Source: Candidatus Kapaibacterium sp. (GTDB lineage Bacteria > Bacteroidota > Ignavibacteria > Kapaibacteriales > UBA2268). Taken from it: a stretch of DNA of 64,000 nucleotides. The stretch's first letter is position 1; the number at the start of each line of letters is the position of its first letter. The notes beneath the pieces were generated by a model, which was not told the origin of the DNA, searched no databases, and saw only the letters and a program-made list of their open reading frames with translations. A program made the position numbers and the translations under genes. Shown here piece after piece: positions 9,773 through 18,656 of this stretch. The stretch covers positions 5,152,001 to 5,216,000 of the forward strand of contig OY762428.1 of assembly GCA_963665665.1 (NCBI GenBank), written 5' to 3'.

Positions 9773-10765
9773 TTAAACATGGTTTAAACTCTCACTTTTA
9801 CGGATTAAATAAGCATCAGTTAGAACTATTGAGGTGACGGCTTCGATAATAACCGGTACCCGAAGTGCGAAACATGCGTCATGCCTGCCTGATATTTCAA
9901 GTGTTTCGGATTCTCCTGTTTCGAAGTTGAATGATCTCTGCTTTCCGGGAATACTTGCCGGAGGCCTGACTGCAACGCGAAAAACAATATCGTTCCCATT
10001 ACTAATACCACCGTTTATTCCACCTGAATTATTTGTTAATGTTCGTCCGCTGTTATCCTCATACTCGTCATTATATTCCGAGCCGAACATATCAGGAGTT
10101 CTGAATCCGGCCCCGAACTCAATTCCTTTTATACCTGGTATGCTGAATATCGCATGAGATATTACTGATTCAAGAGAATCGAAGAAAGGGTTACCCAGGC
10201 CTTCCGGAATATTTTTTACGGTACATTCTATGATTCCACCAACAGAATCATTCCTGCTAATAGCTTCTTCAACAGCTTTCTCAATATCAGTACTTCCGTG
10301 AACAGACAGCAATTTTGTACTAATATCAACTCCGTTTAATATTTTATCGGCAATAACACCTGCACATAACAAGGGGAGTGTTATCCTGCCTGAGAAATGG
10401 CCTCCTCCACGGGGGTCGTTAAAGCCATTGAACTTTTTGCGGGCTGTGAAATCAGCATGACCAGGCCGGGGTACTCGTGCTATTTTGGTATAGTCATCTG
10501 ATCTGGTATTACTGTTTTCAAAAGTTATATTAATCGGAGCTCCGGTTGTTAAATCGTTATAAACACCGGAATTAAAATGAGGTATGTCTGATTCTTTTCT
10601 TGGCGTAGTACCTTTTTTTCCGGGTTTTCTCCTTTCAATTTTTTCATTGAAATCATCCAAACGAAGTTTGATACCGGCAGGGCATCCGTCTATTGTTATT
10701 CCAATAGCGGGGCCGTGAGATTCACCGAAAATACTTATTCTGAAAAGTCTTCCGAAGGAGTTCAT
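9773..10765 (-). CDS. aroC: Chorismate synthase
   Basis: FGESHGPAIG, PRPGHAD, GGGHFSGR, NNSGGINGGISNG, GRHDAC. Confidence 0.97.
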   Translation of the reverse strand: MNSFGRLFRISIFGESHGPAIGITIDGCPAGIKLRLDDFNEKIERRKPGKKGTTPRKESDIPHFNSGVYNDLTTGAPINITFENSNTRSDDYTKIARVPRPGHADFTARKKFNGFNDPRGGGHFSGRITLPLLCAGVIADKILNGVDISTKLLSVHGSTDIEKAVEEAISRNDSVGGIIECTVKNIPEGLGNPFFDSLESVISHAIFSIPGIKGIEFGAGFRTPDMFGSEYNDEYEDNSGRTLTNNSGGINGGISNGNDIVFRVAVRPPASIPGKQRSFNFETGESETLEISGRHDACFALRVPVIIEAVTSIVLTDAYLIRKSESLNHV

Positions 10766-12904
10766 TTATCGTACCACTTTGATGTTTGATTTCAGATTTG
10801 TATTGTTAGATTCCATATTTAAAATATAAGAACCCTGTTCGAGTTGCGAAATATTGATTCTGACAGAATTGTCTCCAATAACCTGGTAGTATTTATCCTC
10901 AAAAACTATATTCCCGTTAATATCATATATTGTAATTTTTGAACAGCTATTGGTTTCTGAATAATAATTGATATTTACAAAATCTTCTGCCGGATTTGGG
11001 TACAGGACAAATTTGTTTTCCGGAGCATTTTTATCATCAATTCCTGAAGAAGTATATTTACTTCGATAAACACCGTTAAAATATGTACCGGCATAAACGT
11101 AATCATCTGAATCAAATTTGAAATCATTAACCCAAATTCCTCCCATACCGGAAGTAATATCTTCCCAGTAATTGCCTCCGTCGGTTGACCTGTATTTTTT
11201 AAGTCTCTGATCGTAGGGAAGTGACTGGTCATAGCTGTGATCGGCATAGAAAATATAATCATTCTTGTTTATACCCATAGCTCTGACTATTCGGCCTGTT
11301 ATAACTTCTTCCCAGTTTAATCCGAAATCAGATGATTTGAAAATTCCCTTTGTGAGCCCGGCATATAATGTTCCTTCTGAATTAAAATCAATAAAATTGA
11401 AATTAAGTGTATCACCATTGGGATATGCAGGCCTGTATTCCCAACCTTCATCAACAGGCATATCTGAAGGATGAAAGATAATACCTGCAACGGTTGCAGC
11501 TGCAATATTTCCTTCGAATTCCCTGATTTCAAGAATCGGATGCTCGGTATTGTAGTATGCAGTGTCCCATGTCTGTCCTGTATCATCACTGTAAAGAATA
11601 CCGCTTATTGTACTGTTCATCAGGTCAAGGTACAAAATCATCCTGTTGTTACTGATCATCGCAAGCCCGTATTGAACCATTGATCCGGCTGCATGGACTT
11701 TATTCCAGGTTCCGGCATTATCAGTTGATAAGAATACCTCTCCGATTTCATTTACAAAAAGTACATTATTCTCACCGGCAGCAAGGGCTGTAACAATTAT
11801 TGATTCCGTTACAGGCAATACACTTTCCCAAACATCTCCTTTATTTGTTGTTTTAAAAAGCCCGCCTTCGTCAGCAGCGGCGTAAACACTGCCGACGGCA
11901 TCAACTGCCATAAAAGGTACAATCAGTTTATTCAGGCCGCTTCCTGCAAATCTCCAGTTTGCACCATCATCGGTTGACCTCCATATTCCGAGGCCGTTGG
12001 AACCGATAAATAAGTTTTCATTGGTATGATCCATACATGTAATATTGGCAATTGAAACACCCATGTCATTCCATTGGCTGCCTTCAAGCTTAAATACACC
12101 TGTAATGTCAAGTCCGTCATTTGCATAAATAACGGGATTATTCTCACTGTCGAAAGTAATGTTGACAACATTTGTGAAATCAGTTCCGTAATTAATATTT
12201 GTCCAGGTTTGGGTTTCAGTATCAAATATAAAAACTCCCTTTGATCCTGATACTGCATAAATATTATTCTCAGCATCCCTGGCAACCTGGTTTACTCTTC
12301 CGTATCCAATACCCTCGTTAACGATATTCCAGGTTGTTCCGCTGTCAGTAGAAATATAAACTCCTGCTGACAAGGCGCCTGCATAGATAATTCCTGATGT
12401 ATCCTGGCATAGTGATGTAACACTTTTGCTTGTCATGTTTTCCCATGTAACGCCCCTGTCCGTTGATCTGTTCACTCCGGAACCGCTGCCCGTATAAACT
12501 CTTCCGTCTTCAGTTGTCAGAATTGTTTTCACATTATAAAAAATAACTTCAGTTTCCGGTTCGGCCCAATTTTCGCCTCCGTCCTGAGATACAAAAATCT
12601 GACCGTCGCATCCGGCAACTGTAAGGCCATCCCATCCGGCAGATATTGTATAGACCATTCTGTTTTGAAGCTGATTTCTCTGAAATACCTGTGACCAGGT
12701 TTCACCGTTATCTTCAGATCGAAATATTTCTGCATCAACTTCGAGGTAAGGATCGCCAAACCCGGCGAATATAATCCCATCTGGGCTGACATCCATCGAT
12801 CTTACAAGTCCGCCATGCGGGCCGTTTGTCTCTTCCCAGAACTTAGCACTCAGGCTATAGTTTATAATTGGCAGGGCAAAAAACAGAAGTAAAATTGGTT
12901 TCAT
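10766..12904 (-). CDS. Secreted BNR/Asp-box beta-propeller protein with T9SS type A sorting domain
   Basis: Signal peptide, repeated S-x-D-x-G-x-T/N-W boxes, C-terminal LYPNPA...ITIYDING...GSYIL. Confidence 0.85.
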   Translation of the reverse strand: MKPILLLFFALPIINYSLSAKFWEETNGPHGGLVRSMDVSPDGIIFAGFGDPYLEVDAEIFRSEDNGETWSQVFQRNQLQNRMVYTISAGWDGLTVAGCDGQIFVSQDGGENWAEPETEVIFYNVKTILTTEDGRVYTGSGSGVNRSTDRGVTWENMTSKSVTSLCQDTSGIIYAGALSAGVYISTDSGTTWNIVNEGIGYGRVNQVARDAENNIYAVSGSKGVFIFDTETQTWTNINYGTDFTNVVNITFDSENNPVIYANDGLDITGVFKLEGSQWNDMGVSIANITCMDHTNENLFIGSNGLGIWRSTDDGANWRFAGSGLNKLIVPFMAVDAVGSVYAAADEGGLFKTTNKGDVWESVLPVTESIIVTALAAGENNVLFVNEIGEVFLSTDNAGTWNKVHAAGSMVQYGLAMISNNRMILYLDLMNSTISGILYSDDTGQTWDTAYYNTEHPILEIREFEGNIAAATVAGIIFHPSDMPVDEGWEYRPAYPNGDTLNFNFIDFNSEGTLYAGLTKGIFKSSDFGLNWEEVITGRIVRAMGINKNDYIFYADHSYDQSLPYDQRLKKYRSTDGGNYWEDITSGMGGIWVNDFKFDSDDYVYAGTYFNGVYRSKYTSSGIDDKNAPENKFVLYPNPAEDFVNINYYSETNSCSKITIYDINGNIVFEDKYYQVIGDNSVRINISQLEQGSYILNMESNNTNLKSNIKVVR

Positions 12905-13165
12905 CTATTTTTCTCCATGATTAATCTCATTTTTCCATTCTGCAAGTTTGAACTCATACGCAGCAATAGTCGCATTAAGTTCAATTTCATGAACGCCGTT
13001 CACAGCACCCCATGATTTATTCATGGCATCATAAGCTGTTTTCAGCAGGCTTTCGAGTTTTTCAATAGTAAAATGCTCGTATTTTTCTTTTTTATGGTCA
13101 ATTGCCCGGCACTGTGCTTCAAATGTTTCATCATATATCTGGTCGTTTAACTCGTCGAAGATCAT
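12905..13165 (-). CDS. Hypothetical protein
   Basis: 86-aa ORF abutting downstream gene on the same strand; normal composition. Confidence 0.6.
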   Translation of the reverse strand: MIFDELNDQIYDETFEAQCRAIDHKKEKYEHFTIEKLESLLKTAYDAMNKSWGAVNGVHEIELNATIAAYEFKLAEWKNEINHGEK

Positions 13166-13340
13166 GCTTGTTTTTTTCTTAGAATAATTAAAAAATAATC
13201 CGCAAGATAATATATTTGACTGTCAAATAAAACAGTCTTTTATTAAAAAGGTTTCAATTATTCTATTACGAAATTACTTTTTAGAATTAAGGCTCATTAA
13301 TAATCTGGAGGTTTATTTTCCAAATTGTGAAGAAATTAAC

Positions 13341-15176
13341 TTATCTCATCATAAGAATTTTAAATGTAATTGTTTTTTCCTTGCCTTTAATATTGCATAA
13401 ATAGCAGTTGGAAAGCAGCGCCTGGCCATTGCCGTCAGTTCCGTTCCATGTTATCTCGTTGCGGCCCGATGGGAAAATTCCTTCGGCCAGAGTCTTTATT
13501 TTTATCCCGTTAATATCCGTTATAAATATTTCCACGTACTCTTCTTTATTCAGATCAAAGGGAATAACCGTTACTGAAGAAAATGGATTGGGATAATTGT
13601 TAAGTCTTATATCTGCGCCGATATTATTAATTTTTCCGGGATATGAGAGTATTATATATTCGGGAGTATAGTACACCGGTTCCCTTCCTGTTATTGTCGG
13701 GCCGGGCGAAAGATCCATGCCTTCCAGCCCTGGATAATCTACATCATAGCGGTAAAGCCTGAATACGGAGTTCCGCATTGGAAAGCCATCCTTCATAACG
13801 GTTTTAATTTCATTGCTGATAACGGGATTAATATATTCCCAAACGACTTCGGGGTAGTTATCAGCATCTCCGGGGGTTACTTCGAAGAAATGTCCTTCAA
13901 CGTCCGCGCATATCAATGTATTGCCGTTTGGCAGACGCTGAGCGCCGGATCCAATGTGGCTGAAAAAGCTTTGAATGCTGAGCGAATGGTACATCCATAC
14001 TATCTGTCGGGATATATTCTTTTTTTGCTTGTGGCTGTCTTTGTCTTCATATTTCCAGACATAATACAAGGCCTCAGGAGGATTAACGAAATCGTCGCTA
14101 ATATCTCCTTCCGCATTAAGGTAGGGATTGATTTCATAAATATAGGACTGGCTTGTCCGCTCGAACATATACTGCCCGTTATTGAATACAAGAATATTTC
14201 CTTCGCCGGGAAGGCCCCGGGGTATCCAGTGGGCGTGATGCGAACCTCCGATTTGCTTGTGGCCGGAAGTTGATGCTGTCCAGTCTTCCAGGATTGACGG
14301 TTTATCACCCTGATTATATCGTGCAGGATCTCCGAACCTGTACAGAAAATCTCCGGCTTCGGAAGCAGCTTTATTAATACTTTCCGATGGTTTATCCGGA
14401 AAGAAGGTATTGTCGTGATCTATAATATAAAATTCGCCCTGAACTGAATTCAGCATTATCTGGCCAGTGTCAGGATTATAATCAATCGAGTTGCAATGCA
14501 GCCAGTCTTTTTTAAGTGGCCTGCCCGGCATGTTGATATTGATCTTCCCCGGGTAATCTGCTATTGTTTTTCCGGCTCCGGTATAGTTAGCCTTCGTGGA
14601 GTCAAAATCCTGAATAATATGATCAAAAAACCACCATTCCCATACAATATTGCCATCCATGTCAATTTCGACAACTGCATCAACCTGGGCTGCATCGTAT
14701 GTGCTTTTTGCAGTGTCGGCACCGGCTTCAATTGCCATTTCATTTGTTATAAATTTATTGGCAATATACAATGTTGTGTATTTACCAAGCTTTGCATTAT
14801 AAATTCTTTTCCAGTCATGGTGGGGAATGTAGTCCTGCCTTTTCTCAGTGTAACTCCAGACGATATTGCTTTCCCGATCAAGCTCAACAAACATTGGTTT
14901 GCCGTCGGGAGTATTTTTAATTACATCCAGGATATTTCCATTTTCAAGCAGGATGGGCTGGAATCCGTATTCCCATCTGTGAATAATATGTCCTTCCATA
15001 TCAATCAGGTAAGTTTTATCGCCCGTAGCGAACAGGTTATAACCTGGGTCGGTTTTCTGTTCGTCCCAATAAATTATTTCCGTTTTCCCGTAATGTGATT
15101 CATAAGCAAAGGCTTGTATTTCAAAAAGTAACAATGCTAAGCATGTTATTATTCCGATTTGTGAGATTCTCTTCAT
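13341..15176 (-). CDS. Arylsulfate sulfotransferase (ASST)-like secreted protein with T9SS/FlgD-type C-terminal domain
   Basis: Signal peptide, PHHD, DWLHCNSIDY, SHHAHWI, VFNNG, AQRLPNGNTLI; C-terminal NYPNPF...WNGTD. Confidence 0.8.
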   Translation of the reverse strand: MKRISQIGIITCLALLLFEIQAFAYESHYGKTEIIYWDEQKTDPGYNLFATGDKTYLIDMEGHIIHRWEYGFQPILLENGNILDVIKNTPDGKPMFVELDRESNIVWSYTEKRQDYIPHHDWKRIYNAKLGKYTTLYIANKFITNEMAIEAGADTAKSTYDAAQVDAVVEIDMDGNIVWEWWFFDHIIQDFDSTKANYTGAGKTIADYPGKININMPGRPLKKDWLHCNSIDYNPDTGQIMLNSVQGEFYIIDHDNTFFPDKPSESINKAASEAGDFLYRFGDPARYNQGDKPSILEDWTASTSGHKQIGGSHHAHWIPRGLPGEGNILVFNNGQYMFERTSQSYIYEINPYLNAEGDISDDFVNPPEALYYVWKYEDKDSHKQKKNISRQIVWMYHSLSIQSFFSHIGSGAQRLPNGNTLICADVEGHFFEVTPGDADNYPEVVWEYINPVISNEIKTVMKDGFPMRNSVFRLYRYDVDYPGLEGMDLSPGPTITGREPVYYTPEYIILSYPGKINNIGADIRLNNYPNPFSSVTVIPFDLNKEEYVEIFITDINGIKIKTLAEGIFPSGRNEITWNGTDGNGQALLSNCYLCNIKGKEKTITFKILMMR

Positions 15177-15416
15177 AGCAACCTCTAAATAATTTATTTC
15201 CCATTGAATACCAACACTATTTACGGAAAGAGCAGTGTAATAAATTTATTACATACCCTTACTTAAATAAACACTTTTTAGGAAATAATGTGAAAAATTT
15301 GTAACTTTTAGCCGTATTATTCGCTCTTATAAGTAGATGTTGGTATAATTGTGATGCGGATGAAAAAACTCTCCTGATTGAAAAATTGATTTGTAACCTA
15401 CAGAAGGGAGTATGCC

Positions 15417-18128
15417 ATGACTACGCGATTGTTTTCGATGCTTATCGTGTTTTTGTTTTATTTTTCCGCGTCAGCCCAGATGTCATTCCGGGGCGGACAG
15501 CTACCGATAGAACCGGAAGATGATAAATCTTTATCACCATATTTTAAGATAATCAGTGATGATCCTGACCTGGATGAATTTCCTCTTCTCGAAACATCGG
15601 CGGATGTTTCGATTGCCGGAGTGATTGCCGATGTTACCGTTAAGCAGGTTTATAAAAATGACGGTAAAAAGGCTATCGAGGCAATTTATGTTTTCCCGGC
15701 TTCTACCAGGGCCGCCGTGTATTCAATGGTAATGAAGATAGGCGAGAGGACTATTGTAGCCGAGATAAAAGAAAAGGGCGAGGCCCGGCAGATTTACGAG
15801 GACGCTAAGGAAGAGGGGCGGAGTGCATCGCTGCTGGAACAGTCAAGGCCAAATGTTTTCACGATGAATGTCGCTAATATTATGCCCGGCGACGTGATCA
15901 GCGTGGAGATGAAATATACCGAGCTGCTTGTGCCCGAGGAAAATGTTTATGAGTTTTCATATCCTACCGTTGTAGGCCCGAGATATACAAAGCCCAAAAA
16001 GGATGCAGACGGTAAGGACGAAACTTTTACAAACCAGCCTTATACGCACGAGGGCGAGGAACCTTCATATAAATTCGACCTGAATGTGAATATCAATCCC
16101 GGACTGCCGATCTCTGAGATTAAATCGGAAAGTCATGAAATTGATGTGGATATGGTTTCAGAAAATATTGCTGAGATAAAACTAAAACCCGGACAGGAAA
16201 AAAGCGGCAACAAAGATTTTATCCTGAAGTATAAACTTACGGGCGACAGGATTAACACCGGGCTGCTTCTGCATGAAGGAAGGAATGAAAATTTCTTCAT
16301 GTTGATGGTGCAGCCTCCAAAACGGGTGAATAAATCCGAAGTAAATAAAAGGGAATATATATTTGTTGTGGATATTTCAGGCTCAATGAACGGTTTTCCC
16401 TTAGATGTATCCAAGCAACTGATGAATAACCTGCTGCTTAAACTTAACCCCGAGGAAAAATTTAACATACTAATGTTTGCAGGCGGATCGAAAGTTCTGT
16501 CCGAACAATCCCTTGCCGCTACAAACGCCAATATTTTCAGGGCAAATAAATTTCTCGGCGAGGAAAGAGGAGGCGGCGGAACCGAACTGCTCCCGGCTTT
16601 GAAAAGAGCGCTGGCTCTGCCGACCGAAAAAGGAGTTTCACGGCAGGTGATTATTATTTCTGACGGGTACGTTAACGTTGAACGCGAGGCATTCGACCTG
16701 ATAAGGGATAACCTGGATAATTCCAACTACTTTGCCTTTGGTATCGGTAGCAGCGTTAATCGTTACATCATCGAAGGTATAAGCAGGGTTGGAACCGGGC
16801 AGTCGTTTATAATAACATCTCCGAAAGACGCCGCCGAGAAAGCCGACCTTTTCCGCAAGTACGTGCAAAGCCCAGTTATGACAGATATCAAAGTTGAGTT
16901 CAACGGCTTCAAGGCTTATGATTACAGCCCGAAGAAGATTCCGTCATTATTTGCATACCGCCCGATTGTCCTTTTCGGAAAATGGAAAGGCTCTGCGGCA
17001 GGCGAGATAAAGATCAGCGGCGTAAACGGCGATCAGCCGCTTAGCGTTACCATCCCGGTGAAAGTACTATCATCGAAAGATGAAAGCGAAGCCCTGAAAT
17101 ACCTCTGGGCAAGAAACAAGCTACTGACACTCGCTGATTATAATAAATCAATGTTCCAAAACGAAACAAAAGAAGAAATTACCAAACTGGGGCTTGACTA
17201 TAACCTGCTTACTGAATATACATCCTTCGTGGCTGTAGATTCAGAAGTAAGAAATAATGACAGCCTGACAACCGTAAACCAGCCATTACCGCTGCCCGAG
17301 GGAGTGGGGGATAAGGCTTTAGGTTTATCTGCAGGCGCTATCAGAACGAACAGACTTTACTCTAAATCAAAAGTTGCTGCACCAGCACAACATTATGCAA
17401 TGTATGCAATCGAAGAGGAAGTGAAAGAATTTGATGCCGATCATGAGTATTTGCAGCCTGATGTAATGGCTTCATACAACAGTAAAGAGCTTGTGAAGCT
17501 GGCTAAAAAATATTACCCCGAGGAAGCCAGAAAATCACATACTGACGGCGTGGTGCTTGTAAACGTGCAGGTGGATGAAAAAGGCAATGTAAAGAAAACA
17601 GAGATATTCTCAGCTTCAGCAGAGGTTCTGAAAGAGGCCGCCTTCAAGGTGATAAAAGACCTCAGCTTTATCCCGGCCTCAAAGGGTGGCAAGCAGATCG
17701 AGTCCTGGGTAAAAGTCCCGGTTAAATTTGAACTTGACCCGGAGGCTATGGACTTTGTTCGATATACTTTCCAAAATAATACACACCTGATGGAAAATAT
17801 TGGCTCTGGAGTACTTATCTATGACAAGAGCAAAGGAAGCACTTTAACAGCTATGCCGGGAATGACTGTAATACTTCATTACACGGCCTACTCGCCGGAC
17901 GGAACCAAGCTTGCAGGATCGAATGAAAGCGGTATGCTGAAATATAAGATAGGACAGAAACCAAGTATAATCAAGGGGCTGAACCAGGCAATAATAGGAA
18001 TGAAGAGAAACGGTGTCCGCCTGATTGTAATTCCGCCGGAAATGCAAATGGGAACTATGCCTGCTGTTCCGCGCAAGAGCGGCGAGGACCTGATATTCGA
18101 AGTGGAATTGCAGGATATTGAACTATAG
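15417..18128 (+). CDS. Secreted VIT-vWA protein fused to TonB C-terminal-like and FKBP-like domains
   Basis: Signal peptide; VIT (VKQVYKN..IEAIYVFP); MIDAS DISGSM; YTSFVAVD; YPEEARK..GVVLVNVQVDEKGNV; VILHYT..IKGLNQAIIGMK..IPPEM..LIFEVEL. Confidence 0.85.
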   Translation: MTTRLFSMLIVFLFYFSASAQMSFRGGQLPIEPEDDKSLSPYFKIISDDPDLDEFPLLETSADVSIAGVIADVTVKQVYKNDGKKAIEAIYVFPASTRAAVYSMVMKIGERTIVAEIKEKGEARQIYEDAKEEGRSASLLEQSRPNVFTMNVANIMPGDVISVEMKYTELLVPEENVYEFSYPTVVGPRYTKPKKDADGKDETFTNQPYTHEGEEPSYKFDLNVNINPGLPISEIKSESHEIDVDMVSENIAEIKLKPGQEKSGNKDFILKYKLTGDRINTGLLLHEGRNENFFMLMVQPPKRVNKSEVNKREYIFVVDISGSMNGFPLDVSKQLMNNLLLKLNPEEKFNILMFAGGSKVLSEQSLAATNANIFRANKFLGEERGGGGTELLPALKRALALPTEKGVSRQVIIISDGYVNVEREAFDLIRDNLDNSNYFAFGIGSSVNRYIIEGISRVGTGQSFIITSPKDAAEKADLFRKYVQSPVMTDIKVEFNGFKAYDYSPKKIPSLFAYRPIVLFGKWKGSAAGEIKISGVNGDQPLSVTIPVKVLSSKDESEALKYLWARNKLLTLADYNKSMFQNETKEEITKLGLDYNLLTEYTSFVAVDSEVRNNDSLTTVNQPLPLPEGVGDKALGLSAGAIRTNRLYSKSKVAAPAQHYAMYAIEEEVKEFDADHEYLQPDVMASYNSKELVKLAKKYYPEEARKSHTDGVVLVNVQVDEKGNVKKTEIFSASAEVLKEAAFKVIKDLSFIPASKGGKQIESWVKVPVKFELDPEAMDFVRYTFQNNTHLMENIGSGVLIYDKSKGSTLTAMPGMTVILHYTAYSPDGTKLAGSNESGMLKYKIGQKPSIIKGLNQAIIGMKRNGVRLIVIPPEMQMGTMPAVPRKSGEDLIFEVELQDIEL

Positions 18129-18141
18129 ATGTTTTTAGAAA

Positions 18142-18174
18142 ATTCATCCGATGACTTGAAGTCATCGGATGAAT
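18142..18174. repeat. Perfect 16-bp inverted repeat (terminator-like or REP hairpin)
   Basis: ATTCATCCGATGACTT-G-AAGTCATCGGATGAAT, 13 nt after the stop codon. Confidence 0.8.
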
Positions 18175-18225
18175 AGATAAACAGAGTTCAACACTACGCA
18201 GGTGTTGGACATCTTGCTTTTCAGT

Positions 18226-18403
18226 ATGACATTCCAGCCTTATTCAATAGCCACGTGCTCTATCTCGTGGATAAATGAGGCTAAGAAAAAGAATCCACCC
18301 CGTCTCGCTGCGCTCGCCACCCCTCAACGAGGGGAATTATTTGGAAGTCCACCTCCGCCAGCGGGGGACATAAAGCCTCCTTCCCAGGTTGTACTTGGGA
18401 AGG
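18226..18403. repeat. REP-like mosaic (modules shared with 693-1057 and 29159-29353)
   Basis: GCCACGTG..CGTGG module (18243-18274), identical 49-mer (18289-18337), CCGCCAGCGGGGGACA, CCTTCCCA..TGGGAAGG hairpin. Confidence 0.85.
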
Positions 18404-18656
18404 ATTATTTCCTGGAATGTTATACTTTGGAATTGTGAAGCACTGCTTCAAAGGAAAACTGCATTGGAAATACAAGTTCGTGATGAGGGAAATTTTTACC
18501 ATATATCCAACTTCTGCCAGGAGTTGAACAACTTCACAAACAGATTTTACTTTTTTTCAAAAAACTCGGTATCGGCTGAGTAGTTATCTTTCTTTTGAAA
18601 AGATTTATTTGTATTTTGTGTTTCAAGGGAAATTGTTAAATCAAGATATTGAAACC

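Noticed and set aside
18202-18583. Short ORFs between the VIT protein and YfhO
   Set aside because: They overlap the REP mosaic (KNPPRLAALATPQRGE recurs wherever the 49-mer occurs).
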